DNA of 64,000 bases from Chthonomonas sp. UBA2785 (GTDB lineage: Bacteria > Armatimonadota > Fimbriimonadia > Fimbriimonadales > Fimbriimonadaceae), in NCBI GenBank assembly GCA_002352215.1, contig DEIB01000038.1:178506-242505 (forward strand). Direction: 5' to 3'. The translations under genes were made by a program, and so were the position numbers. How positions within the stretch are numbered: position 1 is the stretch's first letter; each line of letters opens with the position of its first letter. The notes under the pieces were generated by a model, which saw only the letters and a program-made list of their open reading frames with translations, searched no databases and had not been told where the DNA came from. This document shows positions 54,387 to 64,000 of this stretch, one piece after another.

Positions 54387-55862
54387 TTAGTCGTCCGCGA
54401 AGTTCTGACGTCGCTTGCTGCGCCAGTAGTCTTCCTTGTCCTCGTTCGCCAAGCTCCAGAAGCGCGTGAGCGAGGGCTGGAAGCCCAGCAGCACCGTACC
54501 AGTAGCCCCGTTACGGTGCTTACCGACGATAATCTCGGAGACCTCGGTGTGCTCGGGATTCTCTTGGAAGTCCTCGCCCCCGCCTTCTTCCTTCTGCCGG
54601 TAGTACTCGTCGCGGTAGATAAAGGCCACGAGGTCGGCGTCGGCTTCAATGGAGCCCGATTCGCGTAAGTCGCTGAGTTGCGGGCGCTTGTTCGGCCTCT
54701 TCTCCACTTCGCGGCTGAGCTGAGAAAGGGCGATGACGGGCACTCGTAGTTCACGCGCCATCAGCTTAAGCCCCCGAGCGATTTCCGATACCTCTTGCAC
54801 GCGGTTATCGCTGCCCCGCTGAGCCCGCATGAGCTGGAGGTAGTCCACGATTACGAGAGCCAGCCGCCCGCCTTGGGGGTCCAGTTCGTCGCGGCGCACC
54901 CGGTCATCCAGGTCCATCTGCAAGCGGCGGCACCGCGCAATCATGTCGAGAGCGCTGAGCTGAGAGGTGTCGTCAATAAAGATCGGCAGGCTCACCAACT
55001 GCTCGGCGGCTACGATGATCTTGTCGTAGCTCTCGGTGGAGAGTCCCGTGCGGCGCATGTCCTCAATCGGCACGGTGGAGAGCATCGAAATCAGGCGCTG
55101 CACCAGTTGCTCGCCCGGCATTTCCAAGTTAAACACGGCCACCGCGCCGTTGCCTGTGCGCGCAATGTTCATGGCGAAATTCATCACCAAAGAGGTCTTC
55201 CCCATCGCCGGGCGAGCGGCCAGAATCACCAAGTCGCCGGGACTAAAACCGGTGGTGAGACGGTCCATGTCTGGGTAGCCCGTCGTCAGGCCGGCCACCG
55301 CCCCGGTGCTCGACATCAGCGCCTCAATGCCATCAAAGAACCGATTGGCGAACATGCTGAGCGGCTGGAAGTAATCCGCCCGGTCGCCGGCTTTGAGGTC
55401 GTAAACCAGCTTCTCCGCGGTTTCCACCTTCTTGTCGATGCTGGAGTTGGGGTCGAAAACCACTTTATGGATCTCGGCGCTGGCCTCCAGCAAGCGCCGC
55501 AGCTTCGAGCGGTCGCGGACGATGCGGGCATAGTCCACTGCGCTGGCCGCGCTCGGCACGTCGTCCACCAGGCGCACCAGATACGACACCCCGCCGATGT
55601 CCTCCAGGCGACCATTGGACATCAGCGTGTCACGCATCGTCACCAGGTCCACCGTCATGCGACGGCGCACCAGTTCGATCATCGTCGAATAAATCTCTTG
55701 GTGGACCGGCAAGTAGAAGTGGTGCGGTTCCAGCACCTGCGAGACTTCTTGCACCGCCGTGGCGCTCAGCATCATGGCGCCCAAGACGGCCATCTCGGCT
55801 TCTTCGTTATGAGGAGGCACGCGATCTTGCAAATCCGCCATGGGGATTTCACTATGCCCCAA
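54387..55862 (-). CDS. dnaB: replicative DNA helicase DnaB
   Basis: PPHNEEAEMAVLGAMM, Walker A ARPAMGKTS, and IVDYLQLM. 491 aa, so there is no room for an intein-sized insertion. Confidence 0.95.
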   Translation of the reverse strand: MGHSEIPMADLQDRVPPHNEEAEMAVLGAMMLSATAVQEVSQVLEPHHFYLPVHQEIYSTMIELVRRRMTVDLVTMRDTLMSNGRLEDIGGVSYLVRLVDDVPSAASAVDYARIVRDRSKLRRLLEASAEIHKVVFDPNSSIDKKVETAEKLVYDLKAGDRADYFQPLSMFANRFFDGIEALMSSTGAVAGLTTGYPDMDRLTTGFSPGDLVILAARPAMGKTSLVMNFAMNIARTGNGAVAVFNLEMPGEQLVQRLISMLSTVPIEDMRRTGLSTESYDKIIVAAEQLVSLPIFIDDTSQLSALDMIARCRRLQMDLDDRVRRDELDPQGGRLALVIVDYLQLMRAQRGSDNRVQEVSEIARGLKLMARELRVPVIALSQLSREVEKRPNKRPQLSDLRESGSIEADADLVAFIYRDEYYRQKEEGGGEDFQENPEHTEVSEIIVGKHRNGATGTVLLGFQPSLTRFWSLANEDKEDYWRSKRRQNFADD

Positions 55863-55950
55863 ATCTCGGCTCGCCTCAGCGCTCCGTAGGGCAAGGACTT
55901 CTAGATTTTCGGGGAAACCCCGGGGAAAGGTGGCGCGTCATTGAACTCGT

Positions 55951-56880
55951 ATGGCTTTGACGACCACTCTTCTTGCTCTTGCGCTCCAAGGTGCTGCGGC
56001 GCACCCCGGCGGACTTACCTCCCTGGCCGAGCGCCCGGACAGCCGGGTGATTGCCTCCGCGGGCTGGGACAACGCCATCCGCGTGTGGAAGATGCCCGAG
56101 GGCACCCTGCTGCGCACCCACCGAGGGCACACGGATCACATCACCGGCCTGGCCTATAGCGGCGACGGCAAGATCCTGGTGAGCAGCAGTGGCGACGGCA
56201 CCATCCGCGTGTGGGATGGCGAGAGCAACCGGGCCCTGGGCAGCATCCGGGGTGGTACGAGCTTCTTGAGTGGCGTGGGCATCTCCCCCGATGGCCGGAC
56301 GATTTTTGCCTCGGGCTACGATAACCGCGTGAAGAGCTGGCGCTGGCCGAACCCGGGCAGCCCGGTGGTGCACATCCAGATGCCGAGCGACGCCTACGAT
56401 ATGGCGCTGAGCAGCGATGGCCTTTACGTGGCCGCCGTGGGGCCGGATGCGGGCATTCGGGGGACCGCTACGCGCACCCGCAACGCCGTGCCGCCCAACG
56501 ATTTTGAAGGCCAGGCCACGCGGGTCAAGTTCCAGCGCGGCGGCCACTGGGTGGTGGCGTCGACGATGGGCGAACAGGTCTTGGGCTGGAATCTGCTGGA
56601 TGGGAAGACTTTCAACGTCAGCGTGCCGGGGCGCGGGCAGGACGCCGACTTTGTGGGCAACACCCACCTGGCCGTTGTGACCTACGACCGCCAACTCATC
56701 CTGATTGAACGCGAGGAGTATCGCATTGAGTCTCGCCTCACGATCCCGGGCACCGACGGCCTCGACACCGTATTGATCTCGCGGGACCAGAAGCACGCCT
56801 TCATCGGGGACTACCAGGGCCGTTTGTTCCGGGCTGCACTGGGCGATGCCTGGGGCCAAATCGTCGAGATCAAGCCGTAA
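55951..56880 (+). CDS. secreted WD40-repeat protein
   Basis: Signal-like N-terminus and WD repeats (SAGWDNAIRVW, SSSGDGTIRVWD, ASGYDNRVKSW). Confidence 0.75.
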   Translation: MALTTTLLALALQGAAAHPGGLTSLAERPDSRVIASAGWDNAIRVWKMPEGTLLRTHRGHTDHITGLAYSGDGKILVSSSGDGTIRVWDGESNRALGSIRGGTSFLSGVGISPDGRTIFASGYDNRVKSWRWPNPGSPVVHIQMPSDAYDMALSSDGLYVAAVGPDAGIRGTATRTRNAVPPNDFEGQATRVKFQRGGHWVVASTMGEQVLGWNLLDGKTFNVSVPGRGQDADFVGNTHLAVVTYDRQLILIEREEYRIESRLTIPGTDGLDTVLISRDQKHAFIGDYQGRLFRAALGDAWGQIVEIKP

Positions 56881-56898
56881 CCGATAAACTCCGGGGAC

Positions 56899-58797
56899 AT
56901 GCTTTTGCGGGTCTCCGGGGTTGCCAAATCCTACGGGGCGGACGTCATTCTGGACGACGCCTCGTTCTTTTTGGGTCCCCGCGAGAAGGTGGCTCTGGTG
57001 GGCCGCAACGGCACCGGCAAGACCACCCTGCTCAAAATCCTGACCGGCCAGGAAACGGCCGACCAGGGCACCATCACCGCCAGCCCCGGCATGCGGATTG
57101 CCTATTTGCGGCAGAACGAGGCCGTGACCCCCGGCTCCACTGTGCGGGCCGAGGCCGAGCGCGGTCTGGGAGAGCGCCTGCACCTGCGCGACCGCTACGA
57201 AGAAATTGCAGCCTCATTAGAGCGCGGCACGGCTGAGGAGGGGGCGCTGGAAGAGTTCCATGAACTCGGCGAGCGCTTGGCCGACTTGGAAGCCTTCGGC
57301 ACCGAAAACGACCTGCGCTCGGTGCTAGACCGGCTGGGTTTCACGCCCGAAGACGACGACAAGAGCACCGACACCCTGAGCGGTGGCCAACGCACGCGCT
57401 TGGCCCTGGCCCGAATGTTGTTGGAAGAGCCCGATCTGCTCATCCTGGACGAGCCGACCAACCACTTGGACCTCAGTGCCACCGAATGGCTGGAAGCCTG
57501 GGTGGCGCGCTACCCCGGGGCGGTGCTGCTGGTCAGCCACGACCGCACGTTCCTTGAGCGCACCGCCGAGCGGTATCTCGAAATTCGAGATCGGCGGGTT
57601 TTTGCCTACGACGGCCCCTACGCGCAGTACCGACGCCTTCGGCAAGAAGATCTCGACCGGCAAGCCCAAACCGCCGCCCGGCAAGCCGCCGAAATTGCCC
57701 AGTTAGATGAGTTCGTGCGCCGGTTCATCAACAGCCAGCGCACCGCCGAAGCGCGCGGCCGCCGCAAGAAGATGGAACGGCTGATGGCCGAGCAGGTGCA
57801 AGCCCCCACCCAAGAGGCGGGCCTGCATTTCGACTTCAGCAAGGTCGCGCGCAGCGGCGACCAGGTTTACGTCTGCGAGAAGCTGCAGGTGGGTCACGAC
57901 GGCTTGCCTCTGGCCCCTGCCCTGGATTGGACGGTGCGGTACGGCGAGCGCTGGGGCATCATCGGCGAGAACGGGGCCGGCAAATCCACCCTACTTAAGA
58001 CAATGGTGGGCGCGCTGGACCCGGTGACCGGAGCCGTGCGCACCGGCAGTGGGGTGAGCCTGGGCTACTTCACCCAGGATGCCGTGCAGTTCGACGGTGA
58101 GGACACGCCGCTGGATTACATGGTGTGGGAATGCGGCCTGGATGTGGGGCCGGCGCGGGATGTGCTGGCCAAGTTCTTGTTCACGGGTGATGACGTGTTC
58201 AAGCCGATTTCCGCCTTGAGCGGCGGTGAGCGGAACAAGCTACAGTTAGCCGCCCTTACCATCGCACAACCGAACTGCTTGGCCCTGGACGAGCCTACGA
58301 ACCACCTCGACATGGACAGCCGCGAGGCCTTGGCCAACGTGCTGAAGCAGTTCCCCGGCACCTTGCTTTTGGTGAGCCACGACCGGTGGCTGCTGGGCCA
58401 GCTTGCGGATTCGGTGTTGGATGTGCGCCGGAGCGGTACTCGACAGTTCTCCGGCGGTTTCGCCGACTACATGAGCCGCCGGGATGACCTACCCGCCCCG
58501 GCCCCCAAGAACGCCAAAGCCGCCCCCACCGAAGCCCCGGCTCCCGCGCTCAGCCCCCGCGAACTCAGCAAGGAGATCGGACGGCAGGAGAAAGCGGTGC
58601 AAGAGGCGGAACGCGCCGTGGAGCACTGGGAAGGCGTGGTCGCCCAGATCAACCGCGACCTCGAGAACCCCAACCCGGACGAAGTGGCGGCGCTTTGCGA
58701 GCGCCACGAAGCGGCCCAAAACGCCCTTGCCCGGGCGATGGACGACTGGGCGGAATCGGCCGTGCGATTGGCCGAACTCGAAGCGATGCGCGCCTAA
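56899..58797 (+). CDS. ABC-F family ATPase
   Basis: Two ABC cassettes (GRNGTGKTT / LSGGQRTRLALA; GENGAGKST / LSGGERNKLQLA) with a linker and a C-terminal coiled coil. There is no TM domain. Confidence 0.9.
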   Translation: MLLRVSGVAKSYGADVILDDASFFLGPREKVALVGRNGTGKTTLLKILTGQETADQGTITASPGMRIAYLRQNEAVTPGSTVRAEAERGLGERLHLRDRYEEIAASLERGTAEEGALEEFHELGERLADLEAFGTENDLRSVLDRLGFTPEDDDKSTDTLSGGQRTRLALARMLLEEPDLLILDEPTNHLDLSATEWLEAWVARYPGAVLLVSHDRTFLERTAERYLEIRDRRVFAYDGPYAQYRRLRQEDLDRQAQTAARQAAEIAQLDEFVRRFINSQRTAEARGRRKKMERLMAEQVQAPTQEAGLHFDFSKVARSGDQVYVCEKLQVGHDGLPLAPALDWTVRYGERWGIIGENGAGKSTLLKTMVGALDPVTGAVRTGSGVSLGYFTQDAVQFDGEDTPLDYMVWECGLDVGPARDVLAKFLFTGDDVFKPISALSGGERNKLQLAALTIAQPNCLALDEPTNHLDMDSREALANVLKQFPGTLLLVSHDRWLLGQLADSVLDVRRSGTRQFSGGFADYMSRRDDLPAPAPKNAKAAPTEAPAPALSPRELSKEIGRQEKAVQEAERAVEHWEGVVAQINRDLENPNPDEVAALCERHEAAQNALARAMDDWAESAVRLAELEAMRA

Positions 58798-60275
58798 ACC
58801 ACGTGGAAGGCGGGTGCCGACCGCAGAGCCTCGAACAATCGGTTCAAACACCCCGCCTGCCACTGCACGTTGGTGGTGCCAAAGGCCGCCACGGCGTTGA
58901 TCTCCTTGCTCAAGCCACTCAACGCCAATAGCGTTTCGTCGGGCAATTCGAGGTCAAAGTAGGCTTCCACGCTCCGCACAATGTCGTCGTCGGTGGCGCG
59001 GGGTCGCCCAGCAACAAACTGCACAAAGCGCCGCATGGTGCCGCCGGGGTGCCACTGGCCGCTCCCCTTCGGTTCCTCGTTGAACGAGAATGCGAGCCCA
59101 TAGCGCGAGCGGTGGACCATGCTGCTGGTGCTCACCCAGCCCGGCCCCCAATCCCAGCCCGCCACACTGGGCGGACGGTAGAGCTCCATCCCCTGCTGCA
59201 CGCAGTGGTAGTGAATGGCCCCCACCACTTGCCACCAGGGTTCCTGGATGCCATCGGTCGGCCCGCCCGGGTTGAGGGTTTGTCGGGCGTCTTCGTCTTG
59301 TCCAAAGGCTCGGCCAATGGAGATTGTCCACTCGATGGGCGAGAGAACGCGCGCCCGCCCCGGCGCCCAGAACGAATCGAGGGTGGTCATGGCCCGCAAC
59401 ACCGCCCGCACGTCCCCGCCGGTCTTGGTGTAGGTGGACACCAGGTGGTCAAGGTCGCGGCTGGGCGGCGTGCCGCCCACAAAGAAGTCCCACAGCTTGC
59501 CGCACATGTGTTTCGCGGTGAGCGGGTGATTGGCCAGGTGCCGCGCCAGCTCTTGCCAGCCGAACTTCCCTTTCAGCCCGACCACGTTCTTCTCGCCGTC
59601 GTCGTGGAACACGGGCACAAACCCCACGCCAATCAGCGGGCGTTGCTCCTTGATCATCCGGCCCAGGCGCTCCTTGTACGTGGTGCCGCTGCCCCAGGTG
59701 TCATCAGTGATGATGAGACCGGTCAAGGCACGCGCCGCGTCTCGCACTTCCTCTTCCGAATAGGTGCCGATGCCGACCGAATAAAGCTCCAGTAGTTCGC
59801 GCCCCAGGTTTTCGTTGGGGTTGCCGCGTCGGTTCTGCTCGGCGTTCAGTTGAAGCACCAGCGCCGGACTCAAGATCATGAGTTCCAGCACCTGCGGGAA
59901 CTTCATCCCGGCCACCATGCGGAGCATTTCGAGGTGGTGGTACCAGGCCAGCCCGTGCTCCACGTCGTTGGCCGTCACCGCAAAGTGGTCGAGATAGAAC
60001 AGCGCCAGCTTTTCGCGCACCGGGTCGGGCGAGGTGAGCAGGTGGTGGATATGGTGGCCGATGAAGCGATAAAAGCCCGGCTCGGCGTCTTCTTCCGGCT
60101 CCATCTTGTAGGCGCACCGGATCATCGGAAAGTCTTGGCTGGGCACGGGGCCAAAGCCTAGGAGCGCGTCCAGCGCCTTCTCGTAGCCCATCGAGGCGTA
60201 GCGGTCCACCTCGCGGGCACCGCCGCCCAGCCCAAAACGTCGCACCAAAACGCCGACCCGATCTCGCGCCTGCAT
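58794..60275 (-). CDS. DUF1800 domain protein (orphan copy)
   Basis: Starts MQARDRVGVLVRRFG at 60275 within track ORF 58794..60353. The DUF1800-type core is LFYLDHFAV, NENLGRELLELYSVGIG and YSEEEVRDAARALTG. No adjacent DUF1501 gene. Confidence 0.8.
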   Translation of the reverse strand: MQARDRVGVLVRRFGLGGGAREVDRYASMGYEKALDALLGFGPVPSQDFPMIRCAYKMEPEEDAEPGFYRFIGHHIHHLLTSPDPVREKLALFYLDHFAVTANDVEHGLAWYHHLEMLRMVAGMKFPQVLELMILSPALVLQLNAEQNRRGNPNENLGRELLELYSVGIGTYSEEEVRDAARALTGLIITDDTWGSGTTYKERLGRMIKEQRPLIGVGFVPVFHDDGEKNVVGLKGKFGWQELARHLANHPLTAKHMCGKLWDFFVGGTPPSRDLDHLVSTYTKTGGDVRAVLRAMTTLDSFWAPGRARVLSPIEWTISIGRAFGQDEDARQTLNPGGPTDGIQEPWWQVVGAIHYHCVQQGMELYRPPSVAGWDWGPGWVSTSSMVHRSRYGLAFSFNEEPKGSGQWHPGGTMRRFVQFVAGRPRATDDDIVRSVEAYFDLELPDETLLALSGLSKEINAVAAFGTTNVQWQAGCLNRLFEALRSAPAFHVV

Positions 60276-60355
60276 GCTTGCATTGTACGACGAAAAGTCG
60301 CGGATTGGGCCCTGATTCTTACGGTCCCAGCTGGCGGGACTCTCGCCCCTCAAAT

Positions 60356-60382
60356 TAGCACTCTCGCCGCTATACTGCTAAT
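60356..60382 (+). promoter_or_regulatory. CIRCE-like HrcA operator upstream of groES-2
   Basis: TTAGCACTC-N9-TACTGCTAA, with a perfect left arm and 2 mismatches in the right arm. It ends 29 nt before the groES-2 start. A TATACT hexamer lies inside the element (60372-60377). Confidence 0.75.
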
Positions 60383-60411
60383 CAATCGGGGACTTCCCCG
60401 AAGGACAAAAA

Positions 60412-62335
<1,924 letters not shown>

Positions 62336-62359
62336 GCCTCCTTCGGCTTGGTAAGCATT

Positions 62360-62396
62360 CACCCCCGGACTCGTGAGAGACCCGGGGGTGTTTTTC
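62360..62396 (+). terminator. rho-independent terminator after groEL-2
   Basis: CACCCCCGG-loop-CCCGGGGGTG followed by TTTTT. Confidence 0.8.
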
Positions 62397-62397
62397 G

Positions 62398-62985
62398 TTA
62401 GTCTTCGGTGAGGACGCGCTGCGCGATCACAGTGGAGCGCGATGGCGCCACCAGGCTGTTGTCGGGCACATCGCGAAGCACCGTCGAACCGGCGCCAATC
62501 ACGCAGTTTTCGCCCACGGTCACGCCCGCCCCGATCATCGTGCGGGTGGCGACCCAGGTGCCGCGTTTTATCAAGATCGGCTTATTGGCATACGCCATCG
62601 TGCGGCTGCGGATGCTGTGGCTGGCGGCCGCGATGTACACGTCGTGACCGAGTGAAACATGGTCCTCGAAGGTCACGGGTTCTAGGTTGAGGATTTCACA
62701 CCGCTCGCCGATCCAGCAGTGGTCGCCGATGGTGAGCTTCCAGGGCATGTGGATGTTCACCCGGTTGCGCATCACCAGCCCCTTGCCGACTTTTGCGCCG
62801 AACAGACGCAACAGCGAAGCCTTGATACGGCTAGGCCACGGCCAGGGGGAAAGGAAAAACCAGATCTTGATAAACTGCCATGCCACCTCCTTGAGGAACG
62901 AGGCCCCGCGATCAAAATCACCGGGGGTGAAGAGGTCGTTCCTTACGCCTTGATATTCGCCTTCTTGCGGGGTGCGGGGCTCCAT
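62398..62985 (-). CDS. WcaF-like hexapeptide-repeat acetyltransferase
   Basis: RIKASLLRLFGAKVGKGLVMRNRVNIHMPWKLTIGDHCWIGE..., GTWVATRTMIGAGVTVGENCVIGAGSTV. This is the left-handed beta-helix acetyltransferase of the colanic-acid WcaF type. Confidence 0.82.
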   Translation of the reverse strand: MEPRTPQEGEYQGVRNDLFTPGDFDRGASFLKEVAWQFIKIWFFLSPWPWPSRIKASLLRLFGAKVGKGLVMRNRVNIHMPWKLTIGDHCWIGERCEILNLEPVTFEDHVSLGHDVYIAAASHSIRSRTMAYANKPILIKRGTWVATRTMIGAGVTVGENCVIGAGSTVLRDVPDNSLVAPSRSTVIAQRVLTED

Positions 62986-63173
62986 GCGTCTTGCTTTCCT
63001 TGCGCAATCATTATGCCAGCCTGGGGCTTACCCCGTATTTCCACCAGGAGTTTGAAGAGAAATTGCGGGGATTTCACAAAAATCCTCTCACTTAACCCAA
63101 ATTCGTTGTAACGCGAACTAAAATATCCGTTAGTCAAGGTGCGGGTTCATTGGGCCCGCCCGGGATGGAATGC

Positions 63174-64000
63174 AATGAAGCGGTTTTTACTTGCCTCCGG
63201 TGCACTCGCGGTGGTCGCGGCGTCGCCTGCCCTCTCGTTCAACTTCAATTTTGCCAGTGGCACTCCCGCCCAGGCGCAAGCGGCTTTTATCACCGCTGGG
63301 AACCAGTGGTCGGCGCTGTTCAACGATCCGATCACGATCAACTACAACGTGGGTACGGTCAACTCGCCGGGTGGCTTCCTTGCCGCTGCCGGTAGCAACA
63401 GCCAGGTGATCAGTTACACCAACGTGCGCAATGCCATGATCGCCGACGCCACCAGCGCCGCCGACATCCAGGCCAACAGCACCCTCGCGGCGGGCTCTAC
63501 GTTCAGCGCGCAGAGCAACTACTTCAGCGACATTGGCGGCTCGGCCACGCTCGGCACGGTGAACCTCCAGTTTATGGACATCAACCGCGCCACCGCGAAG
63601 GCCCTTGGCCTCCGCCCGGCCAACGATCCGGGCCTGGACGCGACGCTCACCATGAACATCGCCTACTCGTTTGACTACAACCCGAACGACGGCATCGCGG
63701 CAGGCTCCTACGACTTCGTTGGCATTGCCGCCCACGAAATTGGTCACGCTCTTGGCTTTGTCAGTGGTGTGGACTATGTGGATGGCCTGGCCGCCGGTTC
63801 GAACACGAGTACCCAATTCGCATGGGCCAGCAACCTGGACCTGTTCCGCTACTCGGGTGCGGGCGTTCGCAACCTGGCGGCCGGCAACGCGGCCAAGTAC
63901 TTTTCCATTGACGGCGGCCTGACCACGAACACGATTCTGTTTTCGAACGGGGTGAGCCGAGGCGATGGGCGCCAAGCGAGCCACTGGAAGGATGGTCTTG
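63174..64000 (+). CDS. secreted zinc metalloprotease (HEIGHALGF type), 3' end cut by window edge
   Basis: Absent from the ORF track (no stop in the window). My translation from the ATG at 63174 reads MKRFLLASGALAVVAASPALSFNF...FVGIAAHEIGHALGFVSGVDY...RQASHWKDGL. It has a signal peptide and an HExxH motif. It resembles the metalloprotease family I recall as NF038122 (metallo_LGF), which is often PEP-CTERM-tailed; this is unverified. Confidence 0.7.

Overview
GC-rich bacterial chromosome segment, almost fully tiled by about 61 protein-coding genes with short or overlapping junctions. I found no rRNA, tRNA, CRISPR array, transposase, integrase or prophage remnant. Lipoproteins, Tat signals, a PEP-CTERM tail and DUF1800/DUF1501 pairs suggest an environmental diderm, possibly Armatimonadota- or PVC-like, but this is a low-confidence guess. 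Recognisable content includes two groES-groEL operons with CIRCE-like operators, infC-rpmI-rplT, dnaB and gcvT. Carbamoyl-phosphate synthetase is encoded as three separate genes, with carB split in two. Also present are a Liv-type ABC importer, beta-oxidation enzymes, an alkaline phosphatase, DNA glycosylases (Fpg/Nei-like and family-5-like UDG), a SpoU methyltransferase and an ABC-F ATPase. Most of the window is ordinary core genome and I see no canonical defence or mobile system. The best lead is an ArsR-type winged-helix fused to a CarH-like cobalamin module (W-x9-EH plus a His-on loop), preceded by an AT-rich palindrome. Other leads: a small PEP-CTERM protein with a thioester-domain-like Cys/Gln motif pair, a degenerate serpin-fold lipoprotein, and a translationally coupled AKR-like/amine oxidase/amidohydrolase trio facing an HDAC-family gene. 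Further leads are tandem CIRCE elements, a probable leaderless GTG-start gcvT, and a large insertion in LivH. Function calls come from reading the translated ORFs by eye; no database search was possible. Many long ORFs in the track are antisense artefacts of high GC and were rejected.
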